A DNA stretch of 48,732 nt, the filler included, from Jimgerdemannia flammicorona (lineage: Eukaryota): the NCBI GenBank assembly GCA_003990765.1. It is 2 parts of 2 records of this genome, joined end to end, with 100 filler letters (N's around TTAATTAATTAA, not from the genome) between each part and the next. Parts side by side here need not be neighbours in the genome. Positions count along the whole stretch, not along the records: positions 24,423 to 48,732 come from RBNJ01000991.1; 1 more part is not named here. One strand, given 5' to 3'. Numbering within the stretch: the stretch's first letter is position 1; each line of letters begins with the position of its first letter. Both the position numbers and the translations under genes were made by a program. Below the pieces are notes generated by a model that had not been told where the DNA came from, searched no databases, and was given only the letters and a program-made list of their open reading frames with translations. Shown one piece after another: positions 36,455 to 48,624 of this stretch.

Positions 36455-37589
36455 CTGTACTTCCTGCCCTTGGGGCTTCTGTCCTCATCAACAAGCTCAT
36501 GGATGAGGTTCTTCCTCCTCCTCCTCTCCCTGCCTTCACCCCTGCTACTGTCTCATTCGAGACCTATATCTTGTCTGTCATTCTTTCCCTCCCCCTGGAC
36601 CTTCGTCCCTCTGGTCATCTGCTCCTCTCTCAGTTCCAGTTGGTTCTTGCCCTCTCTGCCAAGAAGGCTTGTCTCTGCCATGATGTCAATATCATTGCTC
36701 TGCCTGCTATCTGCTACTCCATTCTCCCCAAGGCCCACCACCAAGCTCTCTCTGAAGAGATTTGTGCCACCACTGCTGCTGCCAAGCTTGCTGCTACTGA
36801 TGCTGCTGCTACTTCCACCACCACTGCTTCCACCTCCTTCCACCACACCTGTGCTGCCTTCATGGCCTTCACCTCCTCTCGCCTTTTGGATGCTGCCCTC
36901 TTCTGTAGCTTCACCATCCATGAGGTTCCTTCTGTCACTGCTGATATTGACACTATGTATTGTTTCCTCCTCACCAACACTTCTTTTGTTGCTCACCTTC
37001 ATGAGCAGGAGACATTACATGCTACCACTGCTGCTTGTGCCACTGCCACTACTCCCCTGTCGCCTCCCCTGAGGTTTCAGTCTCCAAGGCCATTCATGCC
37101 AAAGCCTGCACTGCTGCCTATGCTGAGGTCCATTCCTTCACCACCGCTGCTGCCAAGACCCCCTCCAAGACCCCCACCAAGACCCCCACCAAGCCCAACC
37201 AGGCTTCATCAGCCTCTTCTCAGTCTCTCTCCCCTGCCAAGGCTTCCTCCTCTATTCCCCCTGCCCCCAAGCATGGCCACCAACTTGGTTCTCACTCTGT
37301 CGGGGTCTGGTCTTGTGCTATCTGCTCTGGTCACCTCCACCATACCTACTGGCACCTGGCTAAGTCCATCTGTCCTCATGGTGGTATTCCTTGCACTGCT
37401 GCCCCTTCAGCTGCTTGCTCACCTTTGGCCTCCTCTGCTGATTCCTCCTCCACCCATGCCCCTGAATATAAAGGCTGTACAAAAGCCTGTGGCTATAAGG
37501 TCTGGCACTCTGATGGGGTATGCTCCCATTTGTTGAGTTCATCACCTTCAAAAAAAGTCAGAGGGAAGGAGAAGGCCTCCTGCTCTTAA
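36424..37589 (+). pseudogene. PLE ORF1 (frameshift near 37060) with Cys/His-rich C-terminus
   Basis: ORFs 36424-37536 and 37035-37589; first in-frame ATG at 36499; CAICSGHLHH..CPHGGIPC and CTKACGYKVWH..C. Confidence 0.65.
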
Positions 37590-37599
37590 ACTTCCCCCC

Positions 37600-39600
37600 A
37601 GTATAGTTCTCCCCCGGTGTCTCTGTCCCTTCTTGGATTTCATCATCACTTCTGGTGTACTCTAAGTGGTTTCTCATGTTGTCCCCCCTTCACCTTTCCT
37701 AGTTGCTCATCCCAAACTTTCGGGTTTATTCTTCTCTTGGAACACTTTTGTCTCCTCCTTTCTCTTTAGCTGATTGCCCCCTTTCTCCTCTTCAAGTCTT
37801 TGCTTTGTCCTTGGGTCCTTGCTTCATTTTTCCTACAGCTCCCTCACAATTCTCCTTCACTGATTCGGCTCATCTCACATGTTTTCATCGTGCTTTTGAC
37901 CTTGCCATTTTCTTTTAAGATTGTGGTGAGATGTTCTCACTATTTTGTTCCCAGCAATTGGGTCCCCCCTCCCAATGTCTCTTCATACTGCATATTCCTC
38001 AATATGGCTTACTTGCTATCTGTTCCCAGATGCGCTTGCTCTTGCTTGGTTTCGGACTATGCCATATGTACCATGCTTAAATTGGTCAAGCAATTGCCCA
38101 TGTACTTGCTCACAGTCACTAATAAGAATCAAGGTTTTGTACTTATTCCTAAGTCACTCTACCTTAATGGCCTTTCTGCCCTCCTTTGAGCCATGGCTTA
38201 TGGGCCTAGTGCTCTTAGATTGGATGAGATTCTCACTCTTCTTTGGGTTTCTCTGGCTCATGCTAGATCACTTTCAGATTCTCCATTCACAAACCCTATT
38301 TTTAACTTCTTCCAGGACTCTTTGTCCTCTCTAGATATTTGTCTTCCGGTTTTCTATGCCCTTCCTAAAGTTCACAAGTCTACTTTGGCTTGACATCCCA
38401 TTATGGCTGCTTGTAATTCCCCTACCACCAAGATTTCAAAGTGGTTATCCCACTTCTTCCTCTCCTAGATAGCTCTCTTACAATACCATCTTGGGCCTGA
38501 GTATACTATTCTTCATGATACTCAGGAGCTCGCCCTTCTCTGCTCCACTATTGTGCCTGTTCACTATTTTTCCCACTTGGTCTCTGGTGATTTCTCCTCT
38601 TTTTATACTGCTATTTGTTTTGATGAGATCGATGATTGCCTTCACTTCTTGGGTTCCATTGTTTTTCCTTTGGACTCCCAGTCTCATTGGCTTCCATTGT
38701 TGAGCTTATGCTCCTTGTCTATGGCTCTAATTATTTTGAGTCAGCCCTTGGCTCCTTTTACCAGACTTCTGATATTGCTATGAGAATGAATTATGCCCCC
38801 ATCCTTGCCAACCTCATTGGCCTGGCCCATGAACTGCATGTGATATGTGATCTCTCTTCATCTCTTTCCATCATGTTCTGGGCTGGAGATATCTTCTTTC
38901 ACTGATATATCGATGACTTTATCATCTTTGCTGTTGCTGGTATTGATATCCCTAGTGTGTTTCTGGGCATCTACCCTCCCCACCACTCCATTACTTAGGT
39001 GTGCAGTATGACTAGTATCCCCTTTTTGGACCTTTCCATTTCTCTTTCTCCTTTCCAAACTGTTGTTTATTCATGTTTTCCCCATTCCCAACAGTTCTCT
39101 GACTTCTTGTCCAATCATCCTCATCATACTCTTTTTGAATGTGTTCATAGTGAGGCTCATTGTCTTGCACTATACTGCTCCTATCATTCCGATTGGGTGT
39201 CTGCTGTTCAGGTTCTTGGCAACTTCATGGTCCATCACCATGCCTATCCCATTTCTATCATTCATGATCTGCTTGCTTCTGTTGAATGATCTGTTGTTCG
39301 CTCCACCCTTCTCTCTCCTCTTTACCCCTCCTCCCTTCTCTCCCTCTCCTCTTACCCTCTCTGTACCCTCTCTTCTTTCCCACCTCTGATTCTCATTGTA
39401 CCATTTGATCATGCTTACTAGATTGCTCAATGTCCTGATACTGTCCTGTGCTCTTCTCTTTCTCGCCATGGACTTTCATCTCTTTCTCAACACTCTCTGA
39501 TTGCTCATTCACATCTTCCTTCTGTTTCTTCTTTAATCCATCACTCTCATTTTGCATTTTCGTCACCTTCTGGTGCCTCTGGCTCTGCTGGAGAGGATTT
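37600..39600 (+). pseudogene. PLE reverse transcriptase ORF2
   Basis: LSLGPCFI, FYALPKVHK...PI, GDFSSFYT, IAM..NYAPILANL, YIDD, IPFLDL, SNHP. Confidence 0.9.
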
Positions 39601-39916
39601 GGATTTGTTTTGTTTGTGTTTGTTTGTGATTTTTATCCTACAACTGGGATTGGCTCCCCCTTTATCTCCACTTATCTCTGGCAGTCATGTGGTTCCTAAT
39701 TCAGTTTGTCCTGAGTTGTGGTGCATCCTCCCTTTTGGGATGTCATATTTTGTATATAAGGACTGCGTTTTTATGTGGCAATAAATGGCTGATGCATTTT
39801 TGGTTATGTTCTTTGTTTGTCTCCCTTATACATACTCTTCCACATGTCTTCCATTCGTTTTGACACTGGCTCTGGATTTGCTCCCTTGGCTCCTGCTGGG
39901 CCTTCCTCCTCCTCTG
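39596..39916 (+). repeat. 3' direct copy of PLE repeat A
   Basis: Matches 36134-36454; ends CTCTG followed by TA. Confidence 0.93.
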
Positions 39917-41562
39917 TAACAAGATAAGAAGAACTATATTGTGGCCTAAGATAGAAGAAGATCTACACCAATCTATCAAAGAGTATAACAAGTATCAAAA
40001 ACAGAAATAAGATCAGTAAGACTAGGCACCTATATCATCAAGAATTGAACTTATTCTCTTCCACCACATTATAATTGACATCATTGGACCACTATCAGTA
40101 ACTCTATTAGAAAACCACTATATTATAGTTATTGTAGATCTCTTTATGAAATAGATAGAAGTAGGAGCATTATAAGAAGCCAATGCTCTCTCTATTACTG
40201 ACTTCCTGTATTGAGAAATCATCTACTACTACAAGATACCAAGGCAAATTACCACAGACCATGGTACAGAATTTGTCAACAGATTCTATAAGATAATGTA
40301 TCAGAAATACAAGATTCAGTATATTAAGACTACCATATATCACCTTTAAGAAAATAAATAGATGGAAAGAACAAACAAGACCCTCAAGAATATTCTGGCC
40401 AAGATCTCAGATACATATGAGAATTGGGATAACTACCTCCCAACTGCCCTCTCTATCCTATGAGACATATGATTACAGAGTACACACTTTATCCCAAGAG
40501 AACTGCTCTTTAGAGAAGAAGATTCTGATAGAACCTCAGCTACAAATCTAGACCTAACTTAGTGATGAATTGACTCAGAAATCCAGAGACTACACCAAAT
40601 CAGGAAGAAGGTAGAAGATTATATCATCAAGTTATAAGCACTAATAAGAAATAATATAGAAAAGAATCACGAGACCCTAGAATCCATTCAAATTGGAGAA
40701 AAGGTCTTGCTATATCAAAATATAGTAGAAGCCTCATGGTCATAAAAATTAGAGCCTAAATGAGAAGGACCCTTCTATGTATAAGATATCAAGAGAACTA
40801 TCTTTTGGCTTAGAAAACTCTCAGAGACTATACTATCTACTATAGTATATAGGAACAGACTCAAGAAGTACCATGAACCTATATAAGAGAAGTAAAACAT
40901 GATGACCACCCACAAAGTTCTAGTCTGTGAATCATAACAGTATATCCTATGACCAGCAGGTAATCTGTCTAGACTATTCTCTAAGAGATATAGTACTAGT
41001 AACTACTTATCTATGAGACTTTTGAAGCTAGGGGAGTTTGAACTATCAACTAATTAGTCAAGATCAAAATTAGGCCCTTGCTCTATATGAAGGGAGCTAT
41101 TTTTCACTATTATGCCAAAATACATAAGAAAGATACCAGCCCATAAATACTACTTTTTGACCTCCTGCCAGAGATTATAGGATCAGAAATTTTTTCAGAC
41201 TAGACTAATGAATAAGGACATTTAAGAGAAGATCTGTATTCAGAAGAAAGATATAATAGTAATCTCAGAATAATGATATCATTATAGGAGACAGCCTTTC
41301 CTTACAAGCTATCAGATTGGAGTACAGGAAGATTAAATGGTATGACTCACCCAGGCTACAAAATGAGCAATAATGTCATAATAACTACATGATAGACATC
41401 TCAAGGGAAATAAAAGAAGAACCAAGAAACTGCAGCAGTAGCAACTCAACCAAGACTCACAAAATCTCAAAATAGTTCAAAAGACTCACTATAAATAAAA
41501 TACCTACTACTTACCAAATCTCAAGGTCCAGAAACCACTAAGGCTTCTCAGTCTAAGAAAGG

Positions 41563-42336
41563 ATGTTCTAAGATATCAGGAGAGCTATGAGAACCTACAT
41601 CAGAAGGATTTCTAGCCTCAACTTAGGTACTGGTGACTCTTATCACTTTACTCTCTATTACTATAAAATGGAGACAAGGATTACTACCACTACTGAATAC
41701 CTCTGGATATAGCAGAAATATGAAATAGGAAATCTTCTCTGCTGGGAATTCCCTCAGACCAGTCCCCAAGAGTTATAAGATGTCATCTCTATGGATGTAT
41801 GCAAATTGAGAGTAGCCAAAAAGATCTATCAGATCTTCAGGTATACACCTTGGTCAATCTTCAACTTGGAGTATACCAGAGTCTCAGACTATAAGGAATT
41901 GTCAGCTTGCTGTAAAGATGCACTAGAAGCCATGGTAGCCACAGAAGCCCAATATATCATCACTCTCAAAAGTGATGATATAGAAGAGTTCTAGAATCCC
42001 ATCCTCAAGAACAATCCAGATCAATTTCTGTAAGGATTAATCTCAGTATTCCAAGACACCAGTATCTAGGTCAGATCCCCTCAAGATCCCACCTTTGTTC
42101 CCTACTTTATAGAGGAAAACATCATAGATTGGAGAGCCCCTGATCTCCTTCCTACCACTATTGAATATGATGATATTACCAGTAATGACATTATTCTACT
42201 AATTGATATATATGAAATAAATGAAACAGAAATATTTGCTGATCTTATTTTCTTCAAAGATATCCTGTCCCCAACCTCTAGCCTTGATGATAGCAATGAA
42301 GATGAAGCCTCCAGGATTTTGAACATTTTACACTAA
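41563..42336 (+). pseudogene. 258-codon ORF inside the 3' LTR of element 2
   Basis: ATG 41563 to TAA 42336 without frameshift; QKYEIGNLL..RVAKKIYQIF..WSIFNLEY. Confidence 0.65.
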
Positions 42337-42855
42337 TTTATTTGTATAACTATTTGTTTGAATACTTAAATATTTCAGCATTCGGATCTTGTACAACTAA
42401 TTGTATAAGCACTTGAATTTAAACTTATAACCTGAAGTTTTCTGTGTTTAAATATCATATTTGGTTATTGGATTTTATATTTAGCATTATATCTTAGCAA
42501 CTATTGAATTATATTTTGTATAAAATACCCCTCTCATTTCCTTTGAAATAAAGTCAGTATTAAAAACACTCAAGCATTCAAGTACCCAACTACTCAAGAG
42601 CATAAAAGTTCCAGTCCTCTACTCAATTCCATGCAAGTAAATTCAAGAGACAATAGAATAGTTTAAAGATAAGAAGTTTGAGGGGGACTTCTTTTGCTCA
42701 AACCATTCAGAGCAAGCTAAGCCACACGGACATCTTTTCATAACAAGCAATATGTTTTCAAGTTTTCCCATCATCTATTCTGGTGTACAAGATGCAGCAG
42801 GAGTCTAGCTACAGTATACAATAAGTCTCATCTGTTTCGGTGGAGTTTTTGTCGA

Positions 42856-44698
42856 ATGGCAACTCAGAGATCATCAAGCTCTGAGTGTTTGGAGAGAAGG
42901 AGGCCTGGTCTGGATCTCCCTAAGAGTTTTGTGGCAATAGTTGGAGCTGGTGTAGGGGCAAGAGGAGTAGGTGGTCAGGGGAGACAGGCTGATATTGAGA
43001 GTTGGCACACAGTGATGGGGGGCAAGAGGGCAGCTACTAGGCCCATGGGGGTAGAGCTGGGGGGATGTAGTGTTGACAGGAGTGGAGTCAGGTGACTGGC
43101 CAGGTGACTGGTCAGGTGACAGGTCAGGTGCCTGCTAGGGGCCAGGGGTCTGGAAGTGGTGTGGCTGGGACTGGTATTCCTGGGGCTGGACCGGTGGCTG
43201 GGGTGATTACTGGAGTGTCAAAGAACAGGAAGAAGGTGATGATGGCAGCAGGTTCTGGTGAACTGATGGTGCATCCCTTCTTCCATAAGTCGGTATCAAC
43301 ATGGGCCATTTCAGCGAATTTTCTGGGACTGGGGATGTCTGCTAGAGAGGTCTTGCAGCTAGTGGGAGAGGAGATTGCAGAGGCAGAGTTACTGAAGTTC
43401 ATCCCATCAGCTGAGGTAGTTGAGATAGGATTTGTTGAGGAGGAGGAGATGGTGAAGGCCTTGGAGAAAGGGCTGGTCATCAAGAACATCAAGGTTGGTA
43501 TGGCGAGGTGCCTGAGATGGGACCCATGGGTAGTGCGACTGGTGATTGAAGGGCTGCTGACATTAGAGAGACAGGAGACCAAAGGAATGGTGGCAGAGGT
43601 GCTGGGGGCATTTGGCGAGATGGTGGATTTTGGATTCATGTTCTGGGAGGGGACTAAGCTGAGGAATGGCAATTGCGAGGTGATGGTGAGGCTGGAAGGC
43701 AAGGAGGCCACAGGGCAAGGGAGGGATTGGCCAGAAGTAATTTGTATCAGAGAGCAGGAGTGCAAAGTGTGGAGAAGGAAGGGTTCTGAACAGGAGGAGG
43801 AGGAATTGCTAGTCACCCTAGAGGAGAGAGAGGCTGCAAAGGAACTGTGGAAGTGGAGATGAGAGGAGTTTGCCAAAGACTGGATCTAGATCCTGACAGA
43901 TGGGAGGAGGAAGAGGTGGTGAAGGGCAAACTGGGAGCACCTGCAGACAGTCCTCCAGGGCTCAGAAAGGGAGGAAAAGGAAAGAGCAGAGGTGGCCAAA
44001 AATCAGATGGAAGAGGTGGAGATGGCTGAGGTGTCCTTTTTATAACTAGGGGGTGTGGAGAACTCCACTCATGTACCGGTAAAGAGGAAGTGGGCTGATA
44101 AGGAGGAGGTGACTGCTGGGAGCTTTGAGGAGGTTATCAAGGTGGTACTGGAGACCCAGTTGGAGGATGTCCACATGGCAGGAGCGGCAAATGTCATTGG
44201 GAATGCCCAGAAGCAGGCAAAGTGGTTCAGCTGGAGAAAGGCACTAAGGAGGACGACCTAGTGGATGTGGCATCCAACATGTCAGTGGATAGAGAGATGC
44301 TGCAGGAGCTGAGTAGGACCCTGAGGCCTGCCACTCCTGGGCCCATGGTGATGACGGCAGATGACTGGTATCAGGCAGTACTTGAGGAACTTGTAGAGGA
44401 GGATATCAAGGAAGTGGATGTATTCAATAGATCATAGGAGGCCTGGGAAGGGTTCCTCAATGTGGTATTGTAGGGGCCAAAGTTGGTGATAGTGATGGTG
44501 GCAGTGCTTCTGGATGATGAAGGATATGAGGTAGATGAGGACCATATGGCTGATATCAGGAAGGTAGCATCAGAGTGAGTGGATGCCTTCTGCAGTGGTG
44601 GGAATAGAGTCCATATCTGGAGGGCTATCTGCAAGGAATGGAAGGCAATAATCTGTGGTAGGGCTGAAAAGGTGGTGGTGACTCCAGCTGAGCTTTAA
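42856..44698 (+). pseudogene. LINE B ORF1
   Basis: MATQ start; homologous to LINE A ORF1; short VTGQ repeats. Confidence 0.78.
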
Positions 44699-44710
44699 AT
44701 ATTTATATCC

Positions 44711-47700
44711 ATGATGATGAACAGTCTATGTATATTATCACTAAATATTGATGGTTTGTGTGATGGAGTGAAGTGAAGGCATCTGTTTCGGTAGCTGAAG
44801 ATCAGGAGGTATGATGTAGTATTTCTGCAGGACATTCAGGCCTATGGAGAGCAAGATTATGAGGAGTGGAGCAAGGAATGGTTTGGTAGTACAGGGTGGA
44901 ATGAGCAGGTGGGGCTTGGGGAGAGGAGAGCTGAAGGAGGTTGAGATATATAGTGATCAATTGATCTGGGGGAGATTGAAAGGAGGAGCTGGCAATGGGC
45001 TGGTGGTTGGCTCTGTGTATCTGCCAGTAGTTGGCAGAGAGCAAAACCAATGAGTGGAAGGTTGGCTGGATTGGGGAGGCCAAGATGAGATTGGGCTGGA
45101 TGTTCTGGGAGAGGACTTCAATATGGTGCATGACAGGACACTAGATAGGTCTGATAGTGAAGTTGGTGTGGTGGTTTTAACAGGGCTCTCGCGATGGCTG
45201 CAAATTGAGAAGGAAATGGGATTGGTTGATGGAGTATGATAATGTCAAGGTGCGAAGTCAGGACCATTCACTAGGTAGCAACTGGTCAGTGAGGATTTGG
45301 TTGGCATGAGGATTGACTGGATTCTGGTAGCAGAATGCTGGGGCAATGTTTTGGATTTGACAGAGGTACAGTGGTGTCCCTGGTCAGATCACTGGGGTGT
45401 GGAGGTGTGTGGGAGATTCCAGGCGGCCAGTGGCAGTGGAGGCAGATGGAGACTTAATGTGGCACTACTTAAGAGACAGGTGGAGCAGGACCAGTTTGTT
45501 AAAATTGCAAGAAAGGAAGTGGCATGGTGGAAGAACAGTGGCCAGTCAATAGCACAGTGGTGGGGGAAATTTAAATATTTGGCAGGTACATATTGGTGTA
45601 ATGTAGGAGAGGTAGCTGGGAGGGAGCAGAAGGATAGAAAAAGGAGAGTGGAGCAGGAGCTTTGCTGGTGGCTGAGGCTTCTGGAAGGAGAGAACTCCTC
45701 CAGGGTACAATGCTCCCTGTTGATTAAGGAGATAGCTGAGTTGCAGTCATATTTGAAGGTAGCAGAAGATAGGGTAGTGGATGGGTTGCTGGCAAGATTG
45801 TGAGCAAAGTGGTTGGAAGAAGGCAAGCGACCCACCAAATACTTGTCCAGAATCCTGAAGGCCAGGAGGGTGCAGCACAGCTGGGCTTCGGTGTTGTGAG
45901 AGGATGGAACTGAGGTGACTGATATCACAGATATGCTTGGGGAGATCTCTGGTTGATGGTGCACCCTATGGCAGGATGATGGAGGGCTGGTGGAGGGAGA
46001 GACAGCACTGGAGGCTAATAATGATTTGGTTGGTGGTTGGCCAGTAGTGGCAGAGCCTGTGATTGGTGAGGCAGTAATAGGTAGGGTGACCCTTGAAGAG
46101 GTGTTGGAGGTTCTGAGGAAAGTGCAGGCTGGTTCATCACCAGGGGAGGATGGACTGCCTTGAGAGTTCTGGAAGGAGTTTCGAATAGAGTTTGGGGCAT
46201 AGCTTGTAGAAATGGTGAACTTTATGCTAGGGGAAGGCTGCTGGATTGGCAATGGCTCCTTAGGGCTAGTCTCTCTGCTCTATAAGGAGAAAGGGGACAG
46301 ATGTGTGTGGCAGAACTGGAGGCCCATCATGTTGCCGAATGTGGATAGGAAGTTGGTCTCCAAGATTCTGGCAGGGAGAATGCAACAATGGATTGGCTGA
46401 TTGGTGAGTGATGAATAGTGAGGGTTTGTGAAGGGAGACAGATTCGAGATAGCACAGCCTGGGTGCAAAATGTTTTGGAGGGTTGTAGAAGCTGGCAGGT
46501 AGATGGAAGAATGGTGTTCTTGGACCAGGAAAAGGCGTACAATAGGGTGCGATGGAGCTACTTGGAGGTGGTTCTATGGAAGACTGGGTTTGGCATGGGG
46601 GAGGCTCGCAAACTGATGGGTCTGGTGCAAGGTTGCCAGGCAGCAGTGTTGATGAATGGGTAGAGTGGCCCAGAGTTTTTCTTAGGGCAAGGTGTACCAC
46701 AGGGGGACCCTCTTTCGCCCCTACTTTATATTTTATCTTTGGAGCCCTTGTTGGCATAGCTGAAGGGGAGGCTTACTGGATTGAAGATGGGGGATGTGGT
46801 CTGGAAGCTGGGGGCCTTTGTGGATGATATGGTGGTAGGGTTAGGCAGTATAGAAGATGTGGTGAGCTTGCAGGAAGGGGTAGGACAGTATGAGATGTTG
46901 GCAGGGGTGAAACTGAACTGGGGCAAGTGTGAGACCATGGAGCTTGGAGCTGGCTTGGGGGAGCATGGACACTTTGGACAATTAGTTGGTCCTGGGGAGG
47001 CAGTTCAATATTTGGATATCTGGTTCTCAGTATATGGGACAGTGTTGCTGAAAGAGTAGTGGTGTAGATTGGTACAGAAATGGGAGAACACCTTGGTGGG
47101 CTGGTCTGGGAGGGGCTTCTCTTTGGTTGGGAGGATTGTAGTCTTGAATATATATTGGTTACCAAAGCTGTGGTACTTGGGGTACCACCTGGACTTTCCA
47201 GGATGGGTGGTGCAGAAACTGAAAAAGGTGGTCGAAGGATAGCTATGGCAGAGAAGAAGACTACAGATTAGTTGAGAGGTAATGGTGACGCTGAGGGCAG
47301 ATGGAGGTCTGGGGCTGGTGGACTTTAGAAGGCATCTGAAGGCACTTCAGGGCTGGTGGGGTTATTGAATGGCAGAATTAGGAGGGGAGGGTTGGAGAAA
47401 ACTGGCTATGGAAAACTGGGAAGTTAGGTTCTGCCCCCAGAGTGAGATTTGGAAGGATATGTGAGGTTTGCTCCAGGTTGGAAGGGTTGGCAGGTTGCAC
47501 TATCAGGGATTCTGGTGGGGTATTGTGGAAGCTTGGCTAGTGATGGGACTTATGGGCCCAGAGCCTGGCAAAGAAGAGGAGGACCCAGAACAGCAATGGT
47601 GGCAATTTGGTGTGATTCGTATTGGCAGCCACCAGTTGGTTGAATACTCTTTAACTGGGGCAATGGAGTGGATCCAGACAGGTCTGCTTGAGAGGTGGCC

Positions 47701-48300
47701 AGTTGGTTGGCAGAAGGCTGGGTTTGGAGAAGAGTGGGAGTGGGGTTGGGTTTGGGGCTGGGGGACCTCACTACTCAAGATTGCCCCACCTAAGTTCTGG
47801 GTGGTATAGTGGTGATTTTTATGGAGGAATGTTATGCTGGGGTATAGGATGGGGTGGATGGTGGATGAAGGTGTGAAGGAATGTGAGTGGTGCTGTGAGC
47901 TGGATGGGAGAGTGGTGCAGATGCCAGAGCATGTTCTGGCAGCCTGTCCAGGGGTTGAAGGATTTTGGCAGACATTAGAAGGTTATTGGAGGGAAGAGAG
48001 TGAGCAGGCAGGGGGCCCCACTTGCCAGATGATCAAGCGTCGACTGGTGGGAGACATTGGGGATATCTGGGGAGACCTGGGTCGAATTATCGGCATCTGG
48101 GTACTGATGGCAGTATACTGGCGATGGGTGTTCGAGAGAGATCCTTTGATGGAAATTGGAGAATTGGTAGAGTGGTGAAAGGGGTTACTTTTGGAAGTGG
48201 TGCAAGGGTGGTGGTATCAGGGGCAGAGGCACCAGTTAGGGGCTATGAAGAAGGTGTTAGACATTGTTCAGAGGAGTCAGGAGCACCTCATACTTGGTGA
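44711..48300 (+). pseudogene. LINE B ORF2 (APE endonuclease, RT, Cys/His motif)
   Basis: SLNIDGL, EDFN, RIDWIL, SDH, PGEDGL, WRPIML, DQEKAY, GVPQGDPLSP, FVDD, CEWC..EHVLAAC. Confidence 0.92.
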
Positions 48301-48438
48301 GAAGGGGGTAAGGTGGAAAGAAGGAGTTGGTTGAAGTTGGTTAAAGGGCTCTACTTATATATGTTATGTGATGTTAGTAGTGGATTGTGGTTAGTTGATA
48401 TTATATTAGATAGTTCATAATAAAGGAGTCCAAGTAAC

Positions 48439-48474
<36 letters not shown>

Positions 48475-48624
48475 AGTTTGAGGACTATAAGATCTTGGAA
48501 AAGTACTCTAATAGAACTTACTTATAAGAAACTTATAGTTGGTCTAAGAGATACACCTTGAAGAGAATCTGATGTACTTGGAGAACTCAGTGCCCACTAT
48601 ATGATAGTATATACTAAATTGAAC

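Larger units (their letters stand above)
35629..39916 (+). mobile_element. Penelope-like retroelement (PLE) without a visible GIY-YIG endonuclease; inverted plus direct terminal repeats; TA duplication
   Basis: PLE-type RT motifs; repeat A at 36119-36454 and 39596-39916, inverted at 35629-35963; empty site restores the integrase frame AAT ACA TAT AAC AAG. Confidence 0.88.
35400..40895 (+). pseudogene. Integrase of element 2, split by the Penelope-type element (35629-39916)
   Basis: GTNTY|NKIRR..WPK; IDIIGPL, TDHGTEFVN, ERTNKTLK, EGPF, NRLKKY. Confidence 0.85.
42684..48470 (+). mobile_element. Full-length L1/Tx1-type LINE B, ~5.79 kb, degenerate
   Basis: 13-bp TSD AAGAAGTTTGAGG (42671-42683 / 48471-48483); empty site visible in the 5' LTR at ~25927; poly(A) tail. 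Confidence 0.95.
24640..48606 (+). mobile_element. Ty3/Gypsy LTR retrotransposon 2 (dUTPase-bearing, RT core deleted) hosting three nested insertions
   Basis: LTRs 24640-26061 and 41374-48606 (split); gag, PR, dUTPase, RH and IN remnants rejoin when the insertions are removed; no clean TSD. Confidence 0.92.
41374..48606 (+). repeat. 3' LTR of element 2, split by LINE B (LTR parts 41374-42683 and 48484-48606)
   Basis: Starts TGTCATA, ends TATGATA; colinear with the 5' LTR. Confidence 0.9.

Noticed and set aside
36323..37072. 249-aa Leu-rich 'membrane protein' ORF and the Pro/Leu-rich tail of the 370-aa ORF
   Set aside because: Alternative frames of CT-rich PLE ORF1
35629..39916. DIRS/Ngaro tyrosine-recombinase element or autonomous Tc1/mariner
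   Set aside because: RT motifs are Penelope-type; no RNase H, tyrosine recombinase or DDE transposase is recognisable
27281..47778. Numerous Ser/Pro-rich minus-strand ORFs opposite the LINEs
   Set aside because: Shadow frames of G-rich LINE coding strands
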